Source of the DNA: Candidatus Hermodarchaeota archaeon
GTDB lineage: Archaea; Asgardarchaeota; Lokiarchaeia; Sigyniarchaeales; SOKP01
DNA: 64,000 bases
Direction: 5' to 3'
Assembly (NCBI GenBank): GCA_048885925.1
Contig: JBHLLG010000001.1
Coordinates: 35,105-99,104, forward strand
How positions within the stretch are numbered: the first letter of the stretch is position 1; every line of letters begins with the position of its first letter. Shown one piece after another: positions 31,258-42,195 of the stretch. Made by a program: the position numbers and the translations under genes. The notes beneath the pieces are model-generated. The model had not been told where the DNA came from. It made no database searches and was given only the letters and a program-made list of their open reading frames with translations.

Positions 31258-32421
31258 TTAAGAATTCTCCACTTTTTCTATAAAAGGTTTCTTTATAATT
31301 ATTAATATTACTATAGTGATTGCAATGATTATAATAATTGAAATAATAGATATTAAGAATTCTAAAGAGGGTTTATTAATATCCTTAACCCAAGGATAAT
31401 TACCTTTATAGAGATTATTTGGATCTTCAAAAAAGTTATTATAGATAAATTGCTCAACTGTTTTTCCTGTTGTTTCAAGACTAATATCTGAAATATGAGA
31501 AATATTATCTTGAATAGTATGATGATAAGGCCAATTTGGATTATCCCAAAAATTTATAATTAAGTCTGCTGCAGGGATTCCTTCATCTACAAACACCTTA
31601 TGATCATCTAATATGGATCTTCTTTCTGCATTTGATGGAAATTGAGAAGTATAACTTAATTTCCTTCCAATTAAAAACAACTCATCTAATAATGAGGATG
31701 TAGAATATTGTTCATTAATAAATTGAAGGTTAATTCCTCCAACCATATCTAATAAAATCATACAATCAAAATCTTCTATAGCTGAATCATAAAAACTATT
31801 AATTTCATTTACAAATACTTGAGATCCTTCGCACCAATCCCATCCATCGATACCATTCGCATTATCTCTTCCTTGATCTTCAGCATCAAAAAATAAAAAC
31901 CATATTTGGCATGATAAATTATCTTTTTGAGAGTATAAAGTTCTTGCAAGCTCAATAAGTACAGCACTTCCACTTGCTGCATCATTAGCACCTGGAACTG
32001 GATTATTTCTATTTGTTAGTATTGGATCTTTTGTTGCTTTAGCACGAGAATCATAATGTGCTCCCAATATAATTATATTTTGCTTATCCTCGTTTAATTT
32101 AAATAAAACATTTTGGCATTCTATTGAAAGAACAGTAAAATTATGTAGGATATAAGTAAAATTAATATTTATCTCTTTAAATTTTGAGATAAAATAATTG
32201 GCACAATTTGCCCTTTCTGGAGTCCCTGGAATTCGAAAACCAATATTTAATTGATCTTCAATATATGAAAAAGCATTTTCACCATTAAATTGTAGATCTA
32301 TCTCATAATTTTGGATTCTAAGATTATTAGATGGTAAAAATAAATAGATAATAGAAAAGATTATTGTTGAAAAAAATGTTAATAAAATTAAGATTTTATA
32401 TCTTTTTCTTATAAAACTCAC
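31258..32421 (-). CDS. Membrane-anchored M28 peptidase/glutaminyl-cyclase-like zinc enzyme
   Basis: GAHYDS, GANDAASG, FFDAED, LLDMVG, DDH, HHT; N- and C-terminal TM segments. Confidence 0.85.
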   Translation of the reverse strand: MSFIRKRYKILILLTFFSTIIFSIIYLFLPSNNLRIQNYEIDLQFNGENAFSYIEDQLNIGFRIPGTPERANCANYFISKFKEININFTYILHNFTVLSIECQNVLFKLNEDKQNIIILGAHYDSRAKATKDPILTNRNNPVPGANDAASGSAVLIELARTLYSQKDNLSCQIWFLFFDAEDQGRDNANGIDGWDWCEGSQVFVNEINSFYDSAIEDFDCMILLDMVGGINLQFINEQYSTSSLLDELFLIGRKLSYTSQFPSNAERRSILDDHKVFVDEGIPAADLIINFWDNPNWPYHHTIQDNISHISDISLETTGKTVEQFIYNNFFEDPNNLYKGNYPWVKDINKPSLEFLISIISIIIIIAITIVILIIIKKPFIEKVENS

Positions 32422-32496
32422 CGAATTATGAAAAAAATTAATTGAGATTTTATCCTTATTGGGTTTAAAATTAAATAATAAAAATATATTTAAATG

Positions 32497-32925
32497 TTAG
32501 AGAGTCTTAAAGCCAAGATCGACCCTTATTTCTCCTCCCTTTAATTCCGTCTCTAAAAATGTAGCTTGTACTGGAGTATTTATTTTAATATTATCTGGTT
32601 TAGTTTCATCAACGCCAATTAATTGTCCCGAAATCATTGGACCTTCTTCAAGTTCTATTACGGAAAAGCAATAAGGCTTTTTCATCGAATATCCTTTATT
32701 CACCATAAATGTAGTTCCTACACCAATACAAGAAAAAGCTGCGATTTTACCTTTACCTGACATTTCAATCCATTCCACATCAGTTGAGCTACATTTTATA
32801 CATAATTTTCTTGGAGGAACGTCAACTGCTCCACATTTTTTACACTTAGAGCCCATCAACTTCTTATTGTTAATAAATTCCAAATAATTTTGAATTGTAA
32901 TTTCTTTTTCTTCTGACACTTTCAT
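32497..32925 (-). CDS. DUF35 Zn-ribbon/OB-fold thiolase partner
   Basis: CKKCG...PPRKLCIKC, VIELEEG; directly downstream of the thiolase. Confidence 0.9.
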   Translation of the reverse strand: MKVSEEKEITIQNYLEFINNKKLMGSKCKKCGAVDVPPRKLCIKCSSTDVEWIEMSGKGKIAAFSCIGVGTTFMVNKGYSMKKPYCFSVIELEEGPMISGQLIGVDETKPDNIKINTPVQATFLETELKGGEIRVDLGFKTL

Positions 32926-32938
32926 TTTTCACCTTTTT

Positions 32939-34198
32939 TTACTTTTCATAAGTTGTAACCACACAAGTGGCTCCAGATCCTCCTAAATTATGAGTTAGTG
33001 CTTTTTCAACATCAAATTTAACTTGTCTATTTCTTTCAGCAATACCGCGCATTTGTTTAAAAATTTCAACGGCCATAGCGGCTCCTGTTGCACCAACCGG
33101 ATGCCCCTTTGATTTTAATCCTCCTGACGTATTAATTGGTTTAATCCCATCCCTTTTAGTTTCTCCATTTTTAATTGCTTCAGCTGCTTTACCTTTTTCA
33201 TAGAAACCTAAATCTTCTAGTGCAATTAGTTCTGCAATAGTAAAACAATCATGAACTTCAGCAATTTGTATATCCTTAGGCTTTAAACCAGACATATGAT
33301 AAGCTTGTCTAGCTGCTTCTCGAGCCGCTATAAATCCCGTAAGTTCTCCTCTATCATGTAATGAAAGAGCAGCACTCCCTTGTCCCGTTCCAGTTATCCA
33401 AATTGGTGTGTCAGTGAATCTCTTAGCAACATCTTTTGCTGCCAAAAATATACAAGCAGCACCATCAGTTACTAATGAACAATCAAATAATCTAAGTGGA
33501 GAGGCAATAATTGGATTTGATGTACTATTAAGAAAGTCCATTTCATCTTTCCAATCAGGAAGTTCTCCTCCTTGAGCTTCTAACTTCTTAATCTTACTTG
33601 TCATTATATCTTTTATACTTTGTTGCATTTGTGCATATGGATTTTCTTTTCCATTCTCATGATTCTTTATAGCAATTCTTTTCAAGTCATCGTGAGTTGT
33701 ACCAAATTTATGAAAGTGTGCTGAAGCAACCACTGCATATAAACCCGGAAAAGTAGCTCCTGCGGGATATTCAAATAAATTATCAGAAGCAGTTGCTAAT
33801 GTATCAGTTACAAGAGTAGTAGATACCTCAGTCATACATTCAACACCACTTATCGCCACAACATCATGAACTCCCGATGCAATAGCTAATATTCCCTGAC
33901 GAAATGCTACCCCGCTACTAGCACAAGCACCTTCAAATCTAGCTGCTGGCTTAGGAGTTAATCCTACTAAATCAGCCATTTGGGGACCTAAATGTCCTTG
34001 GTGATTAAACAAGTCTGAGGAGTAATTTCCTACATAACATGCATCTATATCTTTAGGCTCAATACCATTATCAACTCTATTTACCGCATCAATCCATGCA
34101 TCAACCCACATATCAGGATTACGTTTAAGAGGAAAATTTTGACCAAACTTACTCATTCCGGCACCAATTATAGCAATACTTCGAGCTAATTTACCCAT
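32939..34198 (-). CDS. Archaeal-type (SCP-x-like) acetyl-CoA acetyltransferase/thiolase
   Basis: EGACASSG, EVHDCF, NTSGGLKSKGHPVGATG, HNLGG. Confidence 0.93.
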   Translation of the reverse strand: MGKLARSIAIIGAGMSKFGQNFPLKRNPDMWVDAWIDAVNRVDNGIEPKDIDACYVGNYSSDLFNHQGHLGPQMADLVGLTPKPAARFEGACASSGVAFRQGILAIASGVHDVVAISGVECMTEVSTTLVTDTLATASDNLFEYPAGATFPGLYAVVASAHFHKFGTTHDDLKRIAIKNHENGKENPYAQMQQSIKDIMTSKIKKLEAQGGELPDWKDEMDFLNSTSNPIIASPLRLFDCSLVTDGAACIFLAAKDVAKRFTDTPIWITGTGQGSAALSLHDRGELTGFIAAREAARQAYHMSGLKPKDIQIAEVHDCFTIAELIALEDLGFYEKGKAAEAIKNGETKRDGIKPINTSGGLKSKGHPVGATGAAMAVEIFKQMRGIAERNRQVKFDVEKALTHNLGGSGATCVVTTYEK

Positions 34199-34300
34199 AA
34201 TTTCACCATTCTTTAATTTTAATTTATTTTTATTTTGAAAATTAATGAATTGAATTATCTAAAAATTATATTTCTTATCATTTTCCTAAAAAAATTACAT

Positions 34301-35521
34301 TTAATCCTGAAAAAATTTCAGAAGATAAATAAGCTCTATTATTACTCCTATTATACTTAAAATGAACGGTGCAATATAATGAATATTTTCAACAAGTAAT
34401 CCCCCTATTATCCCAGTTGGTAATAAGCCAATACCTCTAAAGAAAGATATTACCCCATAGGATTCAGCTTTCTGATTCTCACCTAAATTAGTTAACATTA
34501 TTTGTTCTGCAGGTACAAAAGTGACTAGGGATAGCGCTAATAGAATATATCCAATGCTAATAGTAATTAATATTGTATTGCGAATATTGTTCATCCATAA
34601 AATTACAGATAAGATATTCATTAAGAAGAATCCCATTCCAAAAAATTGGCTCAAAATTAAGGTGCGTCTCTTACCAATTTTATCTGTTATACCTCCCGCA
34701 GGAATTTGGAAAATAGCATTTGTTATATTAAACCATAACATTACGAAAGCAATGTGTTCTTTCGATATTTTGTAATAATCATTTAACCCACCAGAATAAA
34801 TTGAAAGAGAAATACTATAAACAAATATGTCTAAAATAAAGAATATTAAAATTATTCTTAATGATTTAACTTTAAAAATCTTAACCCAGATATTTTCTTT
34901 TTCTCTTTTAATATTATTACTCTGAATTTTTTTATTTTCAATGGATTGAGAGTGACCAGAAATGAAAAATATGAAAACTAACAATTCAAAAAATAATAAA
35001 ATAATAAAAAATGTAAAATAAAACCTAGATTCGAGACCTTCTCCAAGCATTATGAATAATGTTCCACCTATATTTCCACCAAAATATGAAAAAAACATAA
35101 ATCCAAATATCAATCCCTTAGATTTATTACTATTTTCGCTTACTAAAAATTGAGTATTTAGATTAATCATTGAAAAACCTAAAAAGTATAGAATTATCCC
35201 AAAAATCGCATATTGTAAACTATTTGTGTTAGCAATTATTAAAAACAAAAGTCCAATAATATAAATTGGAATGCTTAAAATTAGAACGTATTTACGATTA
35301 TTTCTATCAGAAAATTTACCAATCAAAGGCATAGGTAAAAATTGCATCGCTATTCCGATTGAGATAAATAAACCAGTCAAAAAAATCGAATTTGTAAGTT
35401 CTAGAAGATATGGTTGATAAACAACCATAAAAATACCCGTACCAAATCCATGGATTAACCTAGTTATTGCTAAAGCTATTAAATTTCTACGCTTAATTTT
35501 CTCTAGATTATTAAAAGTCAT
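34301..35521 (-). CDS. MFS transporter
   Basis: About 12 TM helices; GKFSDRNNRK and GGITDKIGKRR motif A. Confidence 0.88.
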   Translation of the reverse strand: MTFNNLEKIKRRNLIALAITRLIHGFGTGIFMVVYQPYLLELTNSIFLTGLFISIGIAMQFLPMPLIGKFSDRNNRKYVLILSIPIYIIGLLFLIIANTNSLQYAIFGIILYFLGFSMINLNTQFLVSENSNKSKGLIFGFMFFSYFGGNIGGTLFIMLGEGLESRFYFTFFIILLFFELLVFIFFISGHSQSIENKKIQSNNIKREKENIWVKIFKVKSLRIILIFFILDIFVYSISLSIYSGGLNDYYKISKEHIAFVMLWFNITNAIFQIPAGGITDKIGKRRTLILSQFFGMGFFLMNILSVILWMNNIRNTILITISIGYILLALSLVTFVPAEQIMLTNLGENQKAESYGVISFFRGIGLLPTGIIGGLLVENIHYIAPFILSIIGVIIELIYLLKFFQD

Positions 35522-35654
35522 TAAATTAAAAAGTAAAATCTATTCTCTTAAATATCGAATAATTTGAAAAATATATCATTAAACATGAATTTTCTGTTTT
35601 TATAAAGTCAGAAAAACCGATTTTTCAATTTAGAAAAATTCGAAATTTTGTTTC

Positions 35655-35999
35655 TTATTCTTCTTGTTCCTTCATTTTTTTAAGTATGTTTAACGCTTTA
35701 CTATATCTTTTACTAGTACTTGCTCTTTCATTGAGACCTTTACATGGGAAATCTTGGCATTGATAACAATAATCTAATTTTTTATCTTTTATACAACAAT
35801 CTCTAATCCAACATTCAGTAGTCCAACATTCCGAAATTTCACCCCTACATGTGCTACAATGAAAATCATTAGAGCTTACATTCTCCCACATTCCTTTAAA
35901 TATTCTAACTAATTTATGGTTAACTCTCTGATTATATGGCGCTAAATAGATCATACATTTACCACAGTCTAAACCACAGGGAGCAATAATATTTTTCAT
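35655..35999 (-). CDS. DUF3795 cysteine-rich protein
   Basis: IAPCGLDCGKC, CSTCRG, CWIRDCC, YCYQCQDFPC. Confidence 0.85.
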   Translation of the reverse strand: MKNIIAPCGLDCGKCMIYLAPYNQRVNHKLVRIFKGMWENVSSNDFHCSTCRGEISECWTTECWIRDCCIKDKKLDYCYQCQDFPCKGLNERASTSKRYSKALNILKKMKEQEE

Positions 36000-36033
36000 T
36001 TTAAGTATTATCTCTTTATTAAATTAAAATAAA

Positions 36034-36576
36034 TTAATATTCTATTCCATATCTAGATGTAATTCCTTGTGAGGAGTAATAATGCTTTATCATCCTCATT
36101 TCAGTTACAAGATCAGCAAGTTCTTTTATTTTAGGGTGCATATTTGGTCCACCTGTTAGTATTAGCTCAACTTTTTCAGGTTTATTTTTTATGAGTTCCA
36201 AAACGGGCTCTACAGAGATTACATTCATAGAGATAGCAACACCAACTTCATCAAGTATAACAATGTCATATTCATCACTCATAATAATTTCTTTTGCAAA
36301 TTCTAATGCTTTTTGACCCTCTGCTAAGTCAAATTCATTAGGCTCAGCTATAAGTTCTGGGCTACCAAACTGTTTTAGTTCAAAGTTTGAAATATTCTTA
36401 ATAGCTTCAACTTCACCATATTTATAGTTACCTTTCATAAATTGAATCATATAAACTTTAAAGCCATGTCCTGTAGCGCGTACTCCTTGCCCTATGGCGG
36501 CAGTTGTTTTACCTTTTCCTCGTCCAAAATATACTTGAACTAAACCTTGTTTTAGTCTTTTTCTTGTCGTATTCAT
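36034..36576 (-). CDS. cobO: Cob(I)yrinic acid a,c-diamide adenosyltransferase (CobA/CobO/BtuR)
   Basis: GRGKGKTTAAIG, QFMKG, ILDE, ELILTG, ADLVTEM..IKH. Confidence 0.92.
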   Translation of the reverse strand: MNTTRKRLKQGLVQVYFGRGKGKTTAAIGQGVRATGHGFKVYMIQFMKGNYKYGEVEAIKNISNFELKQFGSPELIAEPNEFDLAEGQKALEFAKEIIMSDEYDIVILDEVGVAISMNVISVEPVLELIKNKPEKVELILTGGPNMHPKIKELADLVTEMRMIKHYYSSQGITSRYGIEY

Positions 36577-36657
36577 CTTTTTCTAAAGTATTAATTTATT
36601 ATATTTTGAAATACTATATCATTTAATTACTTTTTATTACTAAAGATATGTGATTCC

Positions 36658-37425
36658 ATGGGTAAGTATGAGAAATTAGATAATCAATTGAATAAATATC
36701 TTAGGTTAGCCACTTTTCCAGTTGCGGTAAAATTATTAGAAGATCCAAAAGAATTAGAAAAAATAAAATTTCTTAAAAAACCAGAAAATGAAATGGTTAT
36801 ATGCCAAATTTTCAGTTTTGCGAGATATTATGGGTGGACAATGGGTTGTAGCAAAGAAGATAATTTGTGTCCACTCGCAAATATTTCTTTAGGATTTGAA
36901 GAGTCTCATAAGTTATTTGAAGAAGGTGCCTTTTTTTTAGGAAGATATAATGAAACTAAGGATGCTGCGAAAAAAACTACACAATCCATACCTAAAATTC
37001 CATTTGGGAAATATAATGCCGTTCTTTCAGGAGCTTTACATCGTATTGATTATGATCCCGATTTAATTCTAATATGGGGCAATTCTGCACAAATTATGAG
37101 AATAATTCAAGGCTATTTGTGGAAAAAAGGAGGAAGGATTTCGATGTCTACTTTTTGTGATGGTGTATGTGCAGATACTATATCAAATGCTATGCTTACA
37201 GGTGATTTACAAATTGCTTTCCCTTGTCTTGGTGATCGTCGTTATGGAAATGCAACAGATAGTGACTTAATAGCATCAATACCATTTGGCATTATAGATG
37301 AAATTTTACAAGGTATGGTAGAAACCCATAAAGCAGGTACAAGATATCCAATACCGTATCAAATTTCGAAACCAGAATATTTTGTAGAATTGAAAAAACA
37401 ATTAGACAAAGTAAAAAAAAATTAA
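36658..37425 (+). CDS. DUF169 family protein
   Basis: FPVAVKL, ICQ...AR, DPDLILIWGNSAQIMRI, PCLGDRRYG. Confidence 0.85.
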   Translation: MGKYEKLDNQLNKYLRLATFPVAVKLLEDPKELEKIKFLKKPENEMVICQIFSFARYYGWTMGCSKEDNLCPLANISLGFEESHKLFEEGAFFLGRYNETKDAAKKTTQSIPKIPFGKYNAVLSGALHRIDYDPDLILIWGNSAQIMRIIQGYLWKKGGRISMSTFCDGVCADTISNAMLTGDLQIAFPCLGDRRYGNATDSDLIASIPFGIIDEILQGMVETHKAGTRYPIPYQISKPEYFVELKKQLDKVKKN

Positions 37426-37494
37426 TTCAAAATTACCAACTAGTTTATGCCAGAAAAGGTAATTATAACAATAGCCACTTTATTTTAATATATT

Positions 37495-37953
37495 TTATTT
37501 CTTACTCTTATATAATCCAATTATTTCAGCAGACATTATGGCGTGATCTTCCATTTCTTCATAGAAATTCTTTTTATTAACACCTTTTACTTTTTCAACA
37601 TCTAATGCATAAACCTTGAATTTATATCTATGTGTGCCACTTGGGGGCGCTGGACCCCCATAACCAGATTTACCAAAGTCAGTTTGTAACTGATCACCCT
37701 GAATTGGGCCTCCTTGAGGGAGTTCAGTTACATTTTTTGGAATATTGACAACAAGCCAATGGATCCAATCGCCTGCAGGAGCATCTGGGTCATTACACGA
37801 AATAGCGAAACTCTTAATGGTTGCAGGTGCTTTTTCCCACTTCAGATGAGGCGATTTATTTCCTCCTCGCAATGAAAATTTACTATCTAATAATTGGTTA
37901 TGTTTAAAATCATTACTTGTTAGTTTCATAGAGATAATTAGGATCAGTTTCAT
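37495..37953 (-). CDS. YbhB/YbcL Raf kinase inhibitor-like (PEBP) protein
   Basis: NKSPHLKW, DPDAP..DWIHW, GYGGPAPPSGTHRY.F.VYALD. Confidence 0.92.
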   Translation of the reverse strand: MKLILIISMKLTSNDFKHNQLLDSKFSLRGGNKSPHLKWEKAPATIKSFAISCNDPDAPAGDWIHWLVVNIPKNVTELPQGGPIQGDQLQTDFGKSGYGGPAPPSGTHRYKFKVYALDVEKVKGVNKKNFYEEMEDHAIMSAEIIGLYKSKK

Positions 37954-38094
37954 ATTTAATTATTTGTTTATGTTATTTTATTTAATCAAAAAGACACTAA
38001 TACTATGGAAATCTCAATTTCATACAAAATAATTTTATTTATAAAATTCATATGGATTAATTAAGATTCAAATTCAAGAAAAGGTAGTTGAAAA

Positions 38095-39465
38095 TTGAAT
38101 AATTTTTTAGAAATTTACTCAACAAATGTTAAAAATGGTATTCAGATTGAATTTCAAGGATTTCAATATCCTATTATTTATGAAGAAAAAATATGGAATT
38201 TAACACCGAATCAAACATGTGAGGCTTTAAAAGATAATTTAGTTCTTGCAACAACGATGCATTTACCATTAATATATAATAAGAAGAAAATTATTTATCA
38301 TTCAGGAAGACCTTTACTAGAACCATATTTTTTACAAAATTTTTTGCGAGATATTCCTTCTTGTACTGAAGTTGACGGTCTTAATACAGATGATATAATT
38401 CATCATTTTCTGAGTACAGAATTCCAATTTGTTAATCCAGAAATATTGGTTCCCTCTGATAAAACAGTTGAAGGAGCATATAAAGCTTTAGTAGGAATGA
38501 GTTTTGGGAAAGATAGTCTCTTGACTTATGCTGTAGCAGATGAGATTAACTTAGACCCAGAAATCATATATGTAGTAGAACAAAGCTTAACATATGAAGA
38601 AAAACATAAAAAAGATTTAGCAAACGAGTTCAAAAAAGAATTCGGAAAAGAGTTACATGTTCTTACTCATGAAACTGGAAAACTAAGGGATTATAATTAT
38701 TTAAATTTACCAAAATCTGAATTTGGGTGGGGTTTACAAAATACGGAATATGCCCTTGAGTTTATTCCTTTTGCTTATGCATTCAGCGGAAAATATATCT
38801 TTTTTGGTAATGAACAAACAACTGCAGCTTCTTATATGGATAATTCAAATAGATGGTTAATTTATCCCGCTTATGACCAATCCCATCAATGGACAGTACA
38901 TATAAATCAAATAACGCAAATGTTCTCTGGTCATTCAGTAAATACAGGAAGCTTGATTGAACCTCTAATGGATATGATGATACAACGTATTCTTGCTAAT
39001 CGTTATCCAGAAATTGCAAAATATCAGATGAGTTGTTTTACTGAAAATGAATTTGGTAAAGACTATCATTGGTGTCACCATTGTTCTGTTTGTGCGAAAA
39101 TGTATTTATTATGCGTTGGGAGTGGTATAGATCCTAAATCAATTGGATTAAAAAACGATATGTTAAGAAAAGAATTTAAAGCTTTTTATACGTTATTTGG
39201 AGGTAAATCAAATCTCACATATGCTAATACAGAAATAGCGAGGGATGAACAATTATTTGCTTTTTATAGTGCCACCAAAAAAGGAGTTAAGGGTGATTTA
39301 ATTGACGAGTTTAAAAATAAAGGGTTACTTGAAGAAGCTAAAAGTCGAGAAGATGAGCTTTTCAATAAATTTTGCTCTATTTATGAGCCAATTTCGCTTC
39401 CTAAGGAATTGAAAAATGAAGTTATGTCCATTTATAAAGAAGAATTATCATTATTTGAATTATAA
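38095..39465 (+). CDS. MurL-like PP-loop adenylating enzyme (putative peptide/amino-acid epimerase)
   Basis: SFGKDS PP-loop, FGNE, SLIEPL...MSC and WCHHCSVCAKMYL parallel the MurL motifs GGGKDS, SNE, SLLRP...SCN and WCGxCPKC. Confidence 0.65.
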   Translation: MNNFLEIYSTNVKNGIQIEFQGFQYPIIYEEKIWNLTPNQTCEALKDNLVLATTMHLPLIYNKKKIIYHSGRPLLEPYFLQNFLRDIPSCTEVDGLNTDDIIHHFLSTEFQFVNPEILVPSDKTVEGAYKALVGMSFGKDSLLTYAVADEINLDPEIIYVVEQSLTYEEKHKKDLANEFKKEFGKELHVLTHETGKLRDYNYLNLPKSEFGWGLQNTEYALEFIPFAYAFSGKYIFFGNEQTTAASYMDNSNRWLIYPAYDQSHQWTVHINQITQMFSGHSVNTGSLIEPLMDMMIQRILANRYPEIAKYQMSCFTENEFGKDYHWCHHCSVCAKMYLLCVGSGIDPKSIGLKNDMLRKEFKAFYTLFGGKSNLTYANTEIARDEQLFAFYSATKKGVKGDLIDEFKNKGLLEEAKSREDELFNKFCSIYEPISLPKELKNEVMSIYKEELSLFEL

Positions 39466-39532
39466 AATTTACAATTAAATAGATCCTAAACATTTTATTA
39501 TTAATCTGTTTTAATTAAAATTTGAAAACAAA

Positions 39533-40528
39533 ATGAAGATAGCAGTTGTATTAAACACAAGAAGAGAAGATACCGAATTTCAAATCGAATATGATCCTCC
39601 TCATACGATTCAATTAATAAAACATGGTATTGAACAAACTGGACATGATTATGAATTTATTGAAGCTGATGAAAATGTTTTTGAAAATTTGAAAAGAGTT
39701 AAACCTGATTTAGTTTTCAACAGATCTGAAGGAATAAGAGGAGAAAGTCGTGAATCTCATGTACCATCAATGTTGGAGATGTTAAAGATCCCTTATGTAG
39801 GTTCTAATGTACTCACAACAGCGATTGGGTTAAATAAAACATGGGCAAAAAAATGTTTAGCATATCATAAAATCTTAACTCCAAGATTTATTGCAGTTTC
39901 AGACGTTAGAGATATTGCCAATTTTGATTTAAGCTTCCCTGTAATTTTAAAACCAAATGAAGAGGGTTCTTCAATGGGAATAAATGAAGACAATGTTGTT
40001 TTTGATATCGAAAATTTAAAAATTAAACTTAAAAATTTATTAGAGACTTATCACCAATCGATCTTAGTTGAACAATTTATTCAAGGACGTGAATTTAGTA
40101 TAGGATTATTAGGAAGACCCAGCGAAGATCCAGAAGTATTATCAATTCTAGAAATAGATTATTCAAAACTACCTAAGGAAATAGGGAATGTATTTGGACA
40201 AAGAGCAAAAACTATGTATGATTCATTAGATCATTATATCTGCCCAGCTAAAATTCTAAAAGATTTAAGGAAAAGATTAAAGACAATCTCAATAAATATT
40301 TGGAAACATTTAGATATAAGAGATTTTGGGAGGATAGACTTTAGAATGAATACAAAAAATCAAATTTACTTTCTGGAGATAAATCCCCTCCCTGGAATGG
40401 ATTTTGACCTTGAGAATAATGATTTTTCATTTTATCCATATATGGCAATGAAATCTGGATATAGTTATGATCAATTAATACAGCGAATTTTAGAGTCCGC
40501 CTGTTATCGTTATGGTCTTAAATTATAA
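39533..40528 (+). CDS. D-Ala-D-Ala ligase-like ATP-grasp enzyme (non-canonical Ddl subfamily)
   Basis: VFNRSEG...RESHVP.MLE...IPYVGS, KPNEEGSSMGI, EQFIQGREF, RIDFR, LEINPLPG; lacks the HGxxGEDG motif of canonical Ddl. Confidence 0.85.
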   Translation: MKIAVVLNTRREDTEFQIEYDPPHTIQLIKHGIEQTGHDYEFIEADENVFENLKRVKPDLVFNRSEGIRGESRESHVPSMLEMLKIPYVGSNVLTTAIGLNKTWAKKCLAYHKILTPRFIAVSDVRDIANFDLSFPVILKPNEEGSSMGINEDNVVFDIENLKIKLKNLLETYHQSILVEQFIQGREFSIGLLGRPSEDPEVLSILEIDYSKLPKEIGNVFGQRAKTMYDSLDHYICPAKILKDLRKRLKTISINIWKHLDIRDFGRIDFRMNTKNQIYFLEINPLPGMDFDLENNDFSFYPYMAMKSGYSYDQLIQRILESACYRYGLKL

Positions 40529-40555
40529 TTAATTTAATACTTTCTAAAGAGATAT

Positions 40556-41092
40556 ATGAATTTAAAATTAAATCCATTAAATTTGAAAAAAAATCCTTCT
40601 ATTTGGAGCTCTTTAAAGAGAGAATTGAGTAAAAAATTGAATTCTACAATAAAATTAATTTTTCCTGAAATTTGGGATAATAAATATTATGAATGGTTCC
40701 AAAATGTTGAAAATATAGCATTTCGAGAAGAATTAAGGTACTCTTTTAAAGAAGTAGAAAATAGATTACGCAATGATAATCTTGTTTTTTTATTCATTTT
40801 GTCAAATAATAAACCTGAAGCTATTCTTTTAGGTTATTCTTTTCCTGATGATAATTTAAAAGTTTTTTTCTTAGATACTATTGCTATTAAAAAGTATGGG
40901 AAAGGGATTGGGATTTTAGTACTAAAATGGTTTATTGAATGGTTGAAAAAAGAGAATTATGAGTTTATACGTGTAGAGACGGAGGAGATGGATGAGAAAA
41001 ATATTTTATTATATAATTTTTACAAAAAACTAGGATTTAAACTTAAGGAGAGAAATGATAAGGGAAATTTAACAATGATATTAGAATTATAA
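40556..41092 (+). CDS. GNAT family N-acetyltransferase
   Basis: FFLDTIAI..YGKGIG..., NFYKKLGF. Confidence 0.8.
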   Translation: MNLKLNPLNLKKNPSIWSSLKRELSKKLNSTIKLIFPEIWDNKYYEWFQNVENIAFREELRYSFKEVENRLRNDNLVFLFILSNNKPEAILLGYSFPDDNLKVFFLDTIAIKKYGKGIGILVLKWFIEWLKKENYEFIRVETEEMDEKNILLYNFYKKLGFKLKERNDKGNLTMILEL

Positions 41093-41138
41093 GTTCATTT
41101 ATAACATTTTAATCAAATTAAAATCAAAATTTCATAAT

Positions 41139-42098
41139 TTACTTGAAATCCCTTCCTGTTAGGATTGCTACATAATTTCCTTTTAAAATAACTCTACCCT
41201 TTTTTAAATTTGATAAAACAGCTAAAGTACTTGTAGCTGCAGGTAAGGCATTTAAGCCTTGTTCTTCTCTTAAAATTCTAGATAATTCGATCATTTTTGT
41301 ATCAGATGCATAATCTGCAAATCCATTAGATTCATAAAGTGAATCTAATGCTTCTTGACCATCATAGGAATGCCAGTTTGTTAAAGGTTCATTAACTTTA
41401 CTTTCCCTAATTTCATCTGGAGATAAATCTAAGACTATCTTATTATTTAATTTATATGATTTAATAATAGGATTTCCCTTTCTAGTACTTGTAGCTATTA
41501 TTTTAGGTATTTTTGATATTTTTTTATCTTCAAATAGCTTTTTAAAACCTCTATGAATTCCTGTTAAAGTTGTTCCATTACCAACGGGACAAAAAACATA
41601 ATCTGGAGCTCTTCTCAGATTTCTATATAATTCTAAGGAGATTTTACTATATGCAAGAAAAGACAATTCTTTGACTCGAGGTATACCTGGATTTGCATTA
41701 TAATAATCCTGATCCTCTGCAACTTCAGACGACAAGGCAACAGCATCCTCATAATGACCATCAATATAGTGAATATGAGCATTAGCTTGATATAAATAAT
41801 TGATTCTATTTTTCGCTGGATGGTAATTTGTCGGGATAAATACATGAGTTTCTAACCCATAATTTTTTGCAACATATGCTAATGCAGCCCCAAAATTACC
41901 ACAGGTGGCTGTTGTTATAACCTTATATTTGTTTTTAAAAGCATCTTCAATTAAAGCTAATGCAATTCGATCTTTTTGAGTGCCAGTTGGATTACTCCCT
42001 TCAAATTTTAAATAAAGTCTTTCGCATCCTAATAAATTAGCAAGGTTTTTTGCCTCAGTAAATGTTGTATTTCCTATTAGCTTTTTAAGTTCAAACAT
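41139..42098 (-). CDS. Fold-type II PLP enzyme, threonine synthase-like
   Basis: LYLKFEGSNPTGTQKDR (PLP lysine), ATCGNFG, PVGNGTT, ILTG. Confidence 0.85.
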   Translation of the reverse strand: MFELKKLIGNTTFTEAKNLANLLGCERLYLKFEGSNPTGTQKDRIALALIEDAFKNKYKVITTATCGNFGAALAYVAKNYGLETHVFIPTNYHPAKNRINYLYQANAHIHYIDGHYEDAVALSSEVAEDQDYYNANPGIPRVKELSFLAYSKISLELYRNLRRAPDYVFCPVGNGTTLTGIHRGFKKLFEDKKISKIPKIIATSTRKGNPIIKSYKLNNKIVLDLSPDEIRESKVNEPLTNWHSYDGQEALDSLYESNGFADYASDTKMIELSRILREEQGLNALPAATSTLAVLSNLKKGRVILKGNYVAILTGRDFK

Positions 42099-42195
42099 TA
42101 TTTAAGGCTGATAACCACCAATCAAATATGTATTCTATAATAATATAAAATTTAGTATTAATTCTTAATGTTTTTGAATTAATACTTATTTGGAT

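Noticed and set aside
32497-34198. Thiolase/DUF35 pair as the mevalonate-pathway thiolase-HMGCS complex
   Set aside because: There is no HMG-CoA synthase gene adjacent, and such pairs are common in catabolic contexts
39533-40528. Canonical ddl implying peptidoglycan synthesis
   Set aside because: It lacks the canonical Ddl N-terminal motifs (GGxSxE, HGxxGEDG) and there are no mur genes in the window; kept only as Ddl-like
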